DNA of 64,000 nucleotides. It comes from a virus. Positions within the stretch are counted from its first letter, which is position 1, and each line of letters starts with the position of its first letter. The DNA is taken from the IMG/VR virus record IMGVR_UViG_3300043080_000191. The stretch is one strand, 5' to 3'. Position numbers and translations under genes: made by a program. Under the pieces are notes generated by a model that worked only from the letters and a program-made list of their open reading frames with translations, was not told the origin of the DNA and ran no database searches. Below, piece by piece: positions 48,839 to 58,010 of this stretch.

Positions 48839-50182
48839 ACCGAGTTCGACTCTCTCATCATTAAGATAACGAAAGAACGGAAGATCCCATTCAATAGGAT
48901 CAAGCTGAGTAATACCCATAAGATAATGATTTAATGCGGCACATGAAGAACCACGACCTGCGCCAACCATCGAACCACAATCCCAAATCATATCAATATA
49001 ATGTTGTAAAGTATTCGGATAACGAAACATATTCGTTTCAAGTTTTTCACTAATTACAGTTTTAACTCTAGCTTCTTCTTCAAGTTCTGTGATATATCTA
49101 TTATCTGTAATTAGATTTTTTTCTTCCAAAGATTCAAGACACTGATTTACCCAATATCTATCTTGGTCATCATCAGAGTGCGCCAATCGAGTTAAGTTTG
49201 GACAAGACTCGCTATCAATACTCCATGGAATATTTTTAGGATATTTTTTAACTTCTACTCTTGGAATATCCTGCTTATGAAAAAGAGAATACTGTTCAAT
49301 TTTATCTTGCATTTCAAGAGTATTATCTAAAATTTTATCTACAAAACCATATGGAAAACAAGGGGATAATAATTCTTCAATTTCTTCTGAATCCATTAAA
49401 TGTGCAAATTCATAAAAAGAATCAATTTCACGCTCTCCATTTTTAGAATTAAGATAACCTTTATGTACAGCTCGATCTTCTTTTGTAAGATAATGAGCAT
49501 CAGTACCAACAACCATTTTAATTCCAAACATTTGGGCAATTTGGTATAATTTCATATTGACGGTCATCTGATCTTCAGCAGTTGAAGGCGCGCACTCAAT
49601 ATAAAAATCATCACCAAATAAGTTCAAGCAATATAAAATAAAATCTTGAACTTTATCCATATAGAAATTATAAGAATTAATATCATTAACTTTTTTAGAT
49701 TCCTCAGCTAATAATGTATTGCTTGATAACTCACCGCCAATACAAGCTGTGGTTGCTATGACATGACCTTTATACTGCTGGATAATATCACTTAATTCAT
49801 CTTTTGTAGTTGGAACTCTTTCCATTCCTCTATCAGAGTAAGAATAATACCAAGCTGTAGAGCTTAATTCTTTTAAAGCTCTATATCCAATTTCATCTTT
49901 TGCAATAAGAATGAAATGATAATATTTCTGACCATTTTGTCTTTCATCAACAAGATAGATTTCATTTCCTAAAGCAACTTTAAAATCTTTGTTTTGAATT
50001 TTTTCAAGATGTTGCAGAGCGGAAACATGAGCAGATAAACATTCATGATCTGTAATTGCAATGCCAGAAAGCCCTAATTCAATCGCTTTATCAATTAGGG
50101 CTTCTGGTCTATTAATGCAATCAAGAAGTCTAATGTTAGAATACATTGTATGTGAATGACAATTAAAATAACTTCTTCTCAT
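48839..50182 (-). CDS. dnaE: DNA polymerase III alpha (DnaE) exon 1 (PHP domain and N-terminal palm)
   Basis: 'NCHSHTMYSNIRLLDC...IAITDHE' is a PHP domain. '...GAGRGSSCAALNHYLMGITQLDPIEWDLPFFRYLNDERV' matches DnaE '[37 protein letters not shown]'. Confidence 0.8.
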
Positions 50183-50231
50183 TAATATTTCCTTTCATAT
50201 TTTATTTTCTACATATATTATATCATTTTTA

Positions 50232-50861
50232 TTATAATTTATCAATTAAATCTTCTTTAAGAGAATAAAAAGAATCATAAATATTCGCCCAAGTATAATA
50301 TAAAATTTGATAATCGAAGGGAACCCACTCAAAAGATTTACAAAGAATTACATAATCCGCATCTTCCAATAGTGGAAAATCAAAATCATCAAATAAAATA
50401 TCTCTTGTAATATAGGCTGGATTAGCATCTTCATCTAATGGATTAGAGTCTTTATTGCGAATCCATGTGTATGAATTAATCTTTTTATTATCCCATAAAT
50501 ATTTTACCCAATTACCGCAATCAGGTTTAGTGTATTTAGGAGCTTTCCATCGTTCTCCTTCATATCCAATATCATGATGATGATCTATATTTATTAAATC
50601 AAACGGCTCAAAATCTTTAGTTATCGTAACTAGCTCTTCGTGAGATGTAATAAAAATAATTTTATCCTTGTCTAGTTTTTTAAACATCTGGCAAAGATAT
50701 TGAGTCAAACAATCATACTGATATAAATCTGCTTTAATACCAGATATAAAAGGAAATTTATTAAGATAAGTATCTATGCTATCTTCATCATGTAGTAAAT
50801 CATTATAAAATTCGATAGATGGTGACATGATAATATCAAAATCAATACTAACAACTTTCAT
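50232..50861 (-). CDS. Hypothetical protein (209 aa) with DHHHD motif
   Basis: ORF. 'LINIDHHHDIGYEGERW'. No confident family call. Confidence 0.4.
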   Translation of the reverse strand: MKVVSIDFDIIMSPSIEFYNDLLHDEDSIDTYLNKFPFISGIKADLYQYDCLTQYLCQMFKKLDKDKIIFITSHEELVTITKDFEPFDLINIDHHHDIGYEGERWKAPKYTKPDCGNWVKYLWDNKKINSYTWIRNKDSNPLDEDANPAYITRDILFDDFDFPLLEDADYVILCKSFEWVPFDYQILYYTWANIYDSFYSLKEDLIDKL

Positions 50862-50872
50862 AATATTCTCCT

Positions 50873-51721
50873 TTAATAGCAGTCTGTTTTTCCAGGCTCA
50901 AGACCCATGCAAATTGGTTGACTTCCACATTTATTACATAAATCACCATATCGAGGTTTAAAGATCGGAGTATATAAAGCGCCGTCTTCTAATATATTTA
51001 ATCCAAGAGATCTAGCATAAATACCCTGTTGGGTTTTACTTGATCCAGTATTTACTTTAATTCCATTTTTAAGAAAATTATTTCCAGTTTCTATAAAAGT
51101 AAATTTAGTGCGCGCAGCCGCACATTGCTCGCTAAGACTAGCAACCCACTCGTAATGACAAGGTCTTGCGCCCCCATAATTTTCGCCGCCGCAATTTACA
51201 TTCATAATAAACCCTTCTGCCAGATAATCTTCAATATGAATTTCACTTAATAAAGGAGCACACATAATTCCTTTAAATTGAAAAGGCAGTTCTCGTAATA
51301 TTGGAATTCTTTCATCAGCTCTTTTCTGGTTCTCACAAGTTACATTCATTATTACATTATTTAATGGTCTCTCATTCCACCAAGAAGGCAAACATTCTAT
51401 AACTCGTTCTGGCCTTTTAGTAAGTAAATAGAATAAAACGTCTGGACGCCTTGACATTATATCCCAGCATTCATTTCTAAACTGATCTAATCCTTCAAAG
51501 AAAAAATCTGAATTCATACATACTCGTAGACATATTCCAGAAGGCACTTTATAATTACCCTGTCTATCTTTTTTAACAGGATAATTAAATTGACTAGTTA
51601 ATTTTTTACATTCAAAGAAATCTCTTTTATATCTATCATCTATCGTTTTTGCATAACAATGTTCACAACCTTCACTTTTTCCTTTACAGCCATGAATTGG
51701 ATTCCAAAGATCTAACGCCAT
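50873..51721 (-). CDS. Phage Gp37/Gp68 family (DUF5131) protein
   Basis: N-terminal 'LWNPIHGCKGKSEGCEHCYA' matches the family signature W-N-P-x-x-G-C-x-x-x-S-x-G-C-x-x-C-Y-A. 282 aa. Confidence 0.65.
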   Translation of the reverse strand: MALDLWNPIHGCKGKSEGCEHCYAKTIDDRYKRDFFECKKLTSQFNYPVKKDRQGNYKVPSGICLRVCMNSDFFFEGLDQFRNECWDIMSRRPDVLFYLLTKRPERVIECLPSWWNERPLNNVIMNVTCENQKRADERIPILRELPFQFKGIMCAPLLSEIHIEDYLAEGFIMNVNCGGENYGGARPCHYEWVASLSEQCAAARTKFTFIETGNNFLKNGIKVNTGSSKTQQGIYARSLGLNILEDGALYTPIFKPRYGDLCNKCGSQPICMGLEPGKTDCY

Positions 51722-51735
51722 ATTATACTCTCCTT

Positions 51736-52902
51736 TTATTCTTTTATTCTTGAGTTATAATAATTTTTTTCATTATCCTTTGTTAATAAAAATCTTGTTG
51801 TTTCAAGTTTTAAATCTTCTATTGTATAATCTGCATCATATGGAATACGAATAATAGGAATATTATTATTAAAGCAATATTGATTTTTTATCAAATCATT
51901 TTTTCTAACTCTTTCAAAATGTTCTTTTGTATCCCATCCAGTTCCTTTATAGTAAAAATGTTGAGAACCATCATATTCTATTATATACATTTCATCTACA
52001 TAAAAATCATATTCCATTGGGCGCCCATGAGTGGGATATAGTTCATTTAGCCTTAAATCTTTATATTGTCTAATAAAAGGTAAATTTAATTGTTCTAATA
52101 AATTGGCAATATTTTCTTCTTCATACGAAATTCTTCTTCCACAACCACAACTCTTTATACTTCCATTTACTAATCTTGAACCAACGACTATATGAGACTG
52201 TGTTCCGCATTCACATTTGCATTTATATAGAAATCCTCCACTACTATATTTATTGTCTAACTTAGAAATAACTGTTAATTTTCCAAACTTATCTCCTGGA
52301 CTAATTTGCAGATATTTTCTACATCCACAACTTTTTACTTTATTTGTAGTTAAATCTGATGTTTTAATGTCTTTTTCATTTCCACATTTACATTTACAAT
52401 GCCAATATCTATGTCCATCTTTTTTAAAAGCTAAATTCAATACAGTTAAATCATTGTATATTTTTCCAGTTAAATCCTCTAATTCTTGATTACATTGATG
52501 AGATAAACACCCACAAGATTTAACTTCTCCTGATGTTAAATTTCCATTTGAAACCCAAGTCTCATTCCCACAATCACATTTACATTTTAAATAAGTTTTT
52601 CCATTTTTCCGCTTTCTTTCATTTAAAACAATTAATTTATGGAAACGCATTCCTGTATAATCTTTTTGCATTTGTTTATGTTGACATTCTTCACATTGCT
52701 GAGACCATGACCCAGCTCTTAATTTACCAATATTTCCACATTCGCATTGTCCTATCCACATTGGTCTTCTTGGATCTGTTGTTCTATATAAAATAGTCCA
52801 TTTGTTAATTTTTTGATTAGTAAAATCTTGTGCTTTTCCTACATCTCTTTTTCTCCAAAGAATATATGCTTCTTCTATCGTTTTTACATAAGTATTTTTC
52901 AT
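51736..52902 (-). CDS. Putative free-standing site-specific/homing endonuclease: four tandem Cys4 zinc-ribbon repeats plus a C-terminal DUF559/Vsr-like PD-(D/E)xK nuclease domain
   Basis: Repeats 'G..F..LTV...(10-15)...CKC[DKE]CG.E....S..L.SG..KSCGC' occur four times (the first is degenerate). C-terminus 'LPFIRQYKDL...EYDFYVDEMYIIEYDGSQHF...IIRIPY' matches the DUF559 pattern (F-x-R-Q ... D-F-Y-V ... E-x-D-G-x-x-H). Confidence 0.55.
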   Translation of the reverse strand: MKNTYVKTIEEAYILWRKRDVGKAQDFTNQKINKWTILYRTTDPRRPMWIGQCECGNIGKLRAGSWSQQCEECQHKQMQKDYTGMRFHKLIVLNERKRKNGKTYLKCKCDCGNETWVSNGNLTSGEVKSCGCLSHQCNQELEDLTGKIYNDLTVLNLAFKKDGHRYWHCKCKCGNEKDIKTSDLTTNKVKSCGCRKYLQISPGDKFGKLTVISKLDNKYSSGGFLYKCKCECGTQSHIVVGSRLVNGSIKSCGCGRRISYEEENIANLLEQLNLPFIRQYKDLRLNELYPTHGRPMEYDFYVDEMYIIEYDGSQHFYYKGTGWDTKEHFERVRKNDLIKNQYCFNNNIPIIRIPYDADYTIEDLKLETTRFLLTKDNEKNYYNSRIKE

Positions 52903-52903
52903 A

Positions 52904-54088
52904 TTAACCCCTAACTAATACAAGTTTTTCCGAAGCCCTTGTGCAACAAGTATATAACCATCGAGCGTGTTCGATCTTATTGAATGGAAAATTTTCTTCT
53001 ATAACCAGAACCTTATCAAATTCGCCGCCCTGTGATTTATGTCCAGTTATGGCATACCCATACGTAAATTGTCTAGGTACAATATCTCCAATTTTGTTTT
53101 TTAATTTTCCAAGAGCATAAGATTCCCGGCAATCTAAACAAGGTTCACCAGTTTCAATCATTGCTCTATCCATATCTATTGAATTAAATACTTTATTTTC
53201 ATCAGATATAAAATCTCCGCAAATAACATCCATCTGATGATTTCTCATTTTGATATATCTTGGAGCCATAATATACGTTTTAAAAGGATTTCGTAAAATT
53301 CCAGTTGTACCATTCACTAATACCGCGTTTCCATCCTCTGAAAAATCTTCCCAATAGTTTCTTAAACAGATCATTTTTTCGCCGTCTTGTGGAAGTCCGC
53401 TATAACCAAGCAAATCTCTCATTTGTTTATTTAAAGATAATCTTGTTGCGTTTGTGGCACAAATAATTTGATCTGCCCAAAGCATATGACCAGTAACTAA
53501 ATCTTTTTTAGGAATAACCATTGCCTCATGTCCAGATGAATATTTAAGTTCCTCTCCATTGCGAATTTTCATAGTTAATTGAATAATCTCTGATTCTGTT
53601 GCTTGCCGCATTACTTCATCTAAAAAAATATGTGGATGATCTAAGAAATCATGTGCTTCATTTTTATCAATCTGAGGAAGCTGAAATGGATCTCCAAGGA
53701 AAATGCAATATACATCATGCGTTAAAAGCATTTCTATCATAGATTTAGGCGCCATAGAAATTTCATCTACTACAACAATCTCATAATCTAAATACTTTTT
53801 AGGTTTACGAAAAAATCCTCCACCTGGACGCGGAAAACTATCATATAGTAATTTATGTAATGTCATAGCATTTTTATTACCTTTTTTTCTTAATACCTCA
53901 GCAGCCTTCCCTGTATAACACGCATATGCAACATCTTCTGGATCTACATCAAGAAAGTCAATAATGAAACGTACTAATGTTGACTTCCCTGTTCCTGCAT
54001 ATCCTGATATTACAGTATATTTATCACGATCTCTATATCTAGTTATTGCAATTTTAAGTCCTTCTAATTGTTTTTCAGTAAGAGTCAT
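52904..54088 (-). CDS. Dda/RecD-like SF1 DNA helicase
   Basis: Walker A 'GYAGTGKST', motif II 'VVDEISM', C-terminal 'YAITGHKSQGGEFDKVLV'. 394 aa. Confidence 0.75.
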   Translation of the reverse strand: MTLTEKQLEGLKIAITRYRDRDKYTVISGYAGTGKSTLVRFIIDFLDVDPEDVAYACYTGKAAEVLRKKGNKNAMTLHKLLYDSFPRPGGGFFRKPKKYLDYEIVVVDEISMAPKSMIEMLLTHDVYCIFLGDPFQLPQIDKNEAHDFLDHPHIFLDEVMRQATESEIIQLTMKIRNGEELKYSSGHEAMVIPKKDLVTGHMLWADQIICATNATRLSLNKQMRDLLGYSGLPQDGEKMICLRNYWEDFSEDGNAVLVNGTTGILRNPFKTYIMAPRYIKMRNHQMDVICGDFISDENKVFNSIDMDRAMIETGEPCLDCRESYALGKLKNKIGDIVPRQFTYGYAITGHKSQGGEFDKVLVIEENFPFNKIEHARWLYTCCTRASEKLVLVRG

Positions 54089-54090
54089 TT

Positions 54091-54618
54091 TTACTTCTCC
54101 TCATAGTCACAGTATTCATCCTCATCATCTTCATATTCAGCAGTTGAAAAATCAATATCTAAAAGATTAACATCTCTAAAAATTATTGTTTCATATGGAC
54201 AGCCCCAAATGCATCCTTCAACAAAGAGGGTTTTATCATCTCCATCATATGTAATATCTATTGGACAAAAACCGCATCCAAATTTATACCTTTCCTCATT
54301 AGTAAAATCATAAATTTTTCGTTCTGTTAAATCTAAGACTGTAATACATTGATAATCTCCAGAAGTAATAAGATATTCTTTATTATTAATTTTTGCATAT
54401 TCAAAAGGTGGACAAGTAGAATAATTTCTATTAAAAGAAAGCACTAACTCATTTCTTAAATAAATATCATATGAAGTATAATTCCAATACTTTTCATCTC
54501 CTCTGTGCTCATAAGCATGTTGAACAATTTTAATATCTCTTGGAATATCTTTAAATAACCTCACATCTTTAGTTAATATCTCTCTATATGACTCTGGAAT
54601 TTTCACTTCATGTCTCAT
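54091..54618 (-). CDS. Hypothetical protein (175 aa), acidic C-terminus
   Basis: ORF in an operon. Confidence 0.4.
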   Translation of the reverse strand: MRHEVKIPESYREILTKDVRLFKDIPRDIKIVQHAYEHRGDEKYWNYTSYDIYLRNELVLSFNRNYSTCPPFEYAKINNKEYLITSGDYQCITVLDLTERKIYDFTNEERYKFGCGFCPIDITYDGDDKTLFVEGCIWGCPYETIIFRDVNLLDIDFSTAEYEDDEDEYCDYEEK

Positions 54619-54621
54619 TTT

Positions 54622-54948
54622 TTATTCCTCCGTAAAAATAATTCCATCACAAAATGGATTGTCTTCAAATTCTATAAAATCTATATGCCCAACATTTGGT
54701 TCAAAAATTTCTAAATCCATTTTTTGATTTGGGTTTTCGGTCTTTTCACTTGTCTCCGGCCGGTTCTGTTCTGTGATCTCTTGTTCTAAGTATCCCATCT
54801 TTGAAAAGGTCTTACATAATGTATCTGTAAAGGCTTCTGCCGCAATGGCATTATCTGCAAGCCTTGATATAGCATTTATCATTTCATTAAAAGAAATTCC
54901 ACATGTTAAATATGAATTTAATAATTCACCTACAGTAGTATCTTTCAT
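54622..54948 (-). CDS. Hypothetical protein (108 aa)
   Basis: ORF in an operon. Confidence 0.4.
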   Translation of the reverse strand: MKDTTVGELLNSYLTCGISFNEMINAISRLADNAIAAEAFTDTLCKTFSKMGYLEQEITEQNRPETSEKTENPNQKMDLEIFEPNVGHIDFIEFEDNPFCDGIIFTEE

Positions 54949-55022
54949 ATATATCGCTCCTTTAAATATATCTATTAGGCTAGAGAATCTCTCTAGCCCT
55001 TTAGATATTGGATTAAAATAAA

Positions 55023-55274
55023 TTAATCATTAGATGAAGCATCAGACGTAATAGTTACTTCTGGAGTTTTAGCATAAAAGCCTAAAGCTTCTTTCTTAAA
55101 CTCAATAAAATCTTCATCAATCTGACTATCTGAAGCATGAGATACATCTTCAATAAATAAAGAAAAAGATGCATTAGCTTTAGAAATACTAGCTGAAAAA
55201 TGTGCTAACTGAACTCCATCAGTAGTTCTTGAATCAGCTTCAAAATTGGTGTTTTGAGAATTAATATATAACAT
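55023..55274 (-). CDS. Hypothetical protein (83 aa)
   Basis: ORF in an operon. Confidence 0.35.
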   Translation of the reverse strand: MLYINSQNTNFEADSRTTDGVQLAHFSASISKANASFSLFIEDVSHASDSQIDEDFIEFKKEALGFYAKTPEVTITSDASSND

Positions 55275-55323
55275 TATTCTCCTCCTTATATAATTATTAA
55301 AGACTATAAATAGTCTTTATAAA

Positions 55324-57087
55324 CTAAAAATAATATTTACTTTGCCCATCAATTTCATACTCTTCAATTAGAATTTGCGGAGTTGTTTTTCCTCCCCAAT
55401 AATTCTGTTCGCATTTACCAACTAAAGAAATAGTAGTACAACCATTTCCTTCTGGACAGAGTTTTTGAAATTCTTCTTCTGAAGATTTAAAACTGATTAA
55501 TTCAACCCCATTAGATAAAACAATTTTTAATGTAGGGTTTTTATCTTTAGACATCAAAATAATATTCTGAGAAGTAATATTTACTCCTGTTATAGCAATT
55601 AAAGGCTCTTCAATACCTTGACCCCAAACTGATTTTAAATTAGCTATATCTATAATATCTTTACCATTAAAATTTGATCCATGATAAATCATATCTACAT
55701 TATAGCTTGGAGAAAATTCAAATTCATCTAAATCAAAATCAGAACGATAAACTAATTTATCAAAATTTTGATTAGTAACTCCAACTCCAAAAGCAGAAGC
55801 ATGACCTTCTGCGTACATAACCAAACCAGTTTGATTTAGATATTCTTTAAAATTCTTAAAAGCAGATTTATCATATCCTCTTCCAGAACCTTCCCAAGTT
55901 ATATCTCCATTTTCATTAACAACTTTATTTAATAATAGTACTGGTCTTTGGTATTTAGCCATAAGTTGATTCGCTATTAAACCTGTAAGGTTTTTATCAA
56001 CATGATATTCAGGTTTTATTTTTATAATCAAAAACTTATGATTTAAAAGATTATCTTCTTCAATAATACTTTCGAGAGCGGTTAAACTATTATCTCTTGC
56101 TTTTTGTTGACGATTTTTAATATTCACACAATTTCGACAAGCTTGTTCAACCCTAGTTTCCATTTGCCCTTTACATCCACGCTTTGTAGATGGAATCTGT
56201 TCATATGCTTTAAAATCAAGCATCGATTCAAATAAAGTCATTTTTTCAGCAGAATTACCCATCCTAATAGTTCCATTTACTTGTGGAGCAATGTAGAAAC
56301 TAATTGCGAATGGATCCAAACCGCCATGCTTGTTAATTGAAAAATTCTGAACTTGAATCATCTGTTTAAAAAAAGGATTTCTTATACTTGCAAGACCTTT
56401 ATCAATTAATCGTTTAGTTTCATAGTCTCTTAAATCCATCATATCTGCTATCATTCCAAGAGCAGCCAAATCAAGAAAATTATCAGCTTCTTTAGTTCCT
56501 AATATTTCATCAATATAAGAACAAAATTTGTAAACCATTCCTGCGCCGGATAATGATTTTGTTGGATAATCACAAAGCTGATTATTAACAATACAAGCAT
56601 TTTCTGAAATTTTTTCAGCTTCATGATGATCAATAACTAAAACGTCAATTCCTTTAGCTCTTAAAAGTTTATGTTCTTCATAATCGTTTGAAGAAGAGTC
56701 TGGCGCTATTACTAATTTAACTCCTTCTGGAATTGTATTAGGAATAATACCATGCTGTTTTCCAGTATGAATACGATATAAAATATTATTTTGCGCATAC
56801 CCTGGAAATAAACAATTTAAATAATTAATTAGTATTGCCGATGAAGTAAAACCATCACAATCGCTATCCACTTGAAAGAATATTAAATCTTTTTGTGAAA
56901 TGTGTTTAACTAACATTTGCGCGCCTTGTTGAATATTCATAATCAATTTTGGATCGCAAATATCTTCATCTGTTGTATGTAAATAATGTTCGATATTTTG
57001 AGGATCAATGCCCCTATTTGAAAACACCGTCTCAACCACTGTCATATTTTTATCTGGGAGAACTGGTGATATTAGTTGATAATCCAA
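55324..57087 (-). CDS. recJ: RecJ-like ssDNA exonuclease (DHH family)
   Basis: 'FFQVDSDCDGFTS' (D-x-D-x-D-G), 'VLVIDHHEAE' (DHH), 'AEGHASAFGVG' (GGH..AAG-like). 587 aa. Confidence 0.75.
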   Translation of the reverse strand: MDYQLISPVLPDKNMTVVETVFSNRGIDPQNIEHYLHTTDEDICDPKLIMNIQQGAQMLVKHISQKDLIFFQVDSDCDGFTSSAILINYLNCLFPGYAQNNILYRIHTGKQHGIIPNTIPEGVKLVIAPDSSSNDYEEHKLLRAKGIDVLVIDHHEAEKISENACIVNNQLCDYPTKSLSGAGMVYKFCSYIDEILGTKEADNFLDLAALGMIADMMDLRDYETKRLIDKGLASIRNPFFKQMIQVQNFSINKHGGLDPFAISFYIAPQVNGTIRMGNSAEKMTLFESMLDFKAYEQIPSTKRGCKGQMETRVEQACRNCVNIKNRQQKARDNSLTALESIIEEDNLLNHKFLIIKIKPEYHVDKNLTGLIANQLMAKYQRPVLLLNKVVNENGDITWEGSGRGYDKSAFKNFKEYLNQTGLVMYAEGHASAFGVGVTNQNFDKLVYRSDFDLDEFEFSPSYNVDMIYHGSNFNGKDIIDIANLKSVWGQGIEEPLIAITGVNITSQNIILMSKDKNPTLKIVLSNGVELISFKSSEEEFQKLCPEGNGCTTISLVGKCEQNYWGGKTTPQILIEEYEIDGQSKYYF

Positions 57088-57148
57088 ATGAAATCAACCT
57101 CCTTTCATATCGAACACCTCTTTAAATCTTTAATAAAACCACTCCTTT

Positions 57149-57343
57149 TTAATCTTGTTTTACTTCATAATATTTACAAAATATTGAAGAAAAAATATTG
57201 CTTTCATTAATATGCTTATCTTTTAATTTACAATTTGTAAAAGTATAATAAGTCATTCCAATATCTCTCAAATATTTATTATAATATTTACAAAATTTAC
57301 ATCTTTTATGCTTTTTTCTGTATTGATAAATATTAGTATCCAT
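57149..57343 (-). CDS. Small Cys-rich hypothetical protein (64 aa)
   Basis: 'CKFCKYY...NCKLK...FCKYY'. Confidence 0.35.
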   Translation of the reverse strand: MDTNIYQYRKKHKRCKFCKYYNKYLRDIGMTYYTFTNCKLKDKHINESNIFSSIFCKYYEVKQD

Positions 57344-57351
57344 ATATCTCC

Positions 57352-57654
57352 TTAAAAATAAGTATAAACTTTATATGGGGGAAGTTTTGTACAAGGTTTA
57401 ATAATACAATGAATTAATTCTTCTGGCATATTAAGTTCAATAGCTGATTGATTATAAGCATATCCCCTTGCACTATTTACTGCTTTAATAACCCTCCAAA
57501 TATCACCATTTTCAAATTCCGTATAAGTGTCGTATAATGAAATTTTAGTACGAATTACTTTAATTCTATTTTCATTATATCGTCTTTCAATAAAATGAAG
57601 ATAGTCTATTGCGGCATCTCGATCTTTATCCCACCAAATTCCACCTCTTGTCAT
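57352..57654 (-). CDS. Hypothetical protein (100 aa)
   Basis: ORF in an operon. Confidence 0.4.
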   Translation of the reverse strand: MTRGGIWWDKDRDAAIDYLHFIERRYNENRIKVIRTKISLYDTYTEFENGDIWRVIKAVNSARGYAYNQSAIELNMPEELIHCIIKPCTKLPPYKVYTYF

Positions 57655-58010
57655 AATACAATCCTTTCTTTAAATAGTTGTAAAAATATTTCTTTTCCAC
57701 AATCAACTGGAGAGTCTTTATATCCAGTAATCATATTTTTATCAAAAATAAAAGAAATCGTTACATAATTTTTATATTTATTTCTTAATCTTATCAAATT
57801 ACTTTTTAAATGCTGAAACTCTTTATCTCCAATCTCTTGAAACTGCCTATCAAAAGCAACTATAATTTCAGTTGCGCCAGCCCCAATTAATAATTCAATT
57901 TGATAAGAAGAAACACTTGAACCACAACATGCTACAGATATATCATTTTCTAAACCAAAATAACTTTTATATAGAAGTGTACTTTTTTCCATATGAATCT
58001 TGAATTTCTT
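57651..58010 (-). CDS. dnaG: DNA primase (DnaG-like) exon 2: C-terminal half of the TOPRIM domain
   Basis: 'YFGLENDISVACCGSSVSSYQIELLIGAGATEIIVAFDRQF' matches TOPRIM 'YGINYAVASLGTS...VVLCYDGDRAG'. The frame is open upstream of the annotated TTG into the intron. The exact 3' splice site is ambiguous (58010 or 58016). Confidence 0.6.
   Translation of the reverse strand, partial: KKFKIHMEKSTLLYKSYFGLENDISVACCGSSVSSYQIELLIGAGATEIIVAFDRQFQEIGDKEFQHLKSNLIRLRNKYKNYVTISFIFDKNMITGYKDSPVDCGKEIFLQLFKERIVL

Noticed and set aside
44735-50182. Treating ORFs 48806..50182, 47302..48429 and 44735..46006 as three separate genes
   Set aside because: They are collinear segments of one DnaE. The breaks fall in conserved motifs, and the inserts carry group I features and a HEG. 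The annotated internal 'starts' (ATG, TTG) sit in open frames that continue upstream.
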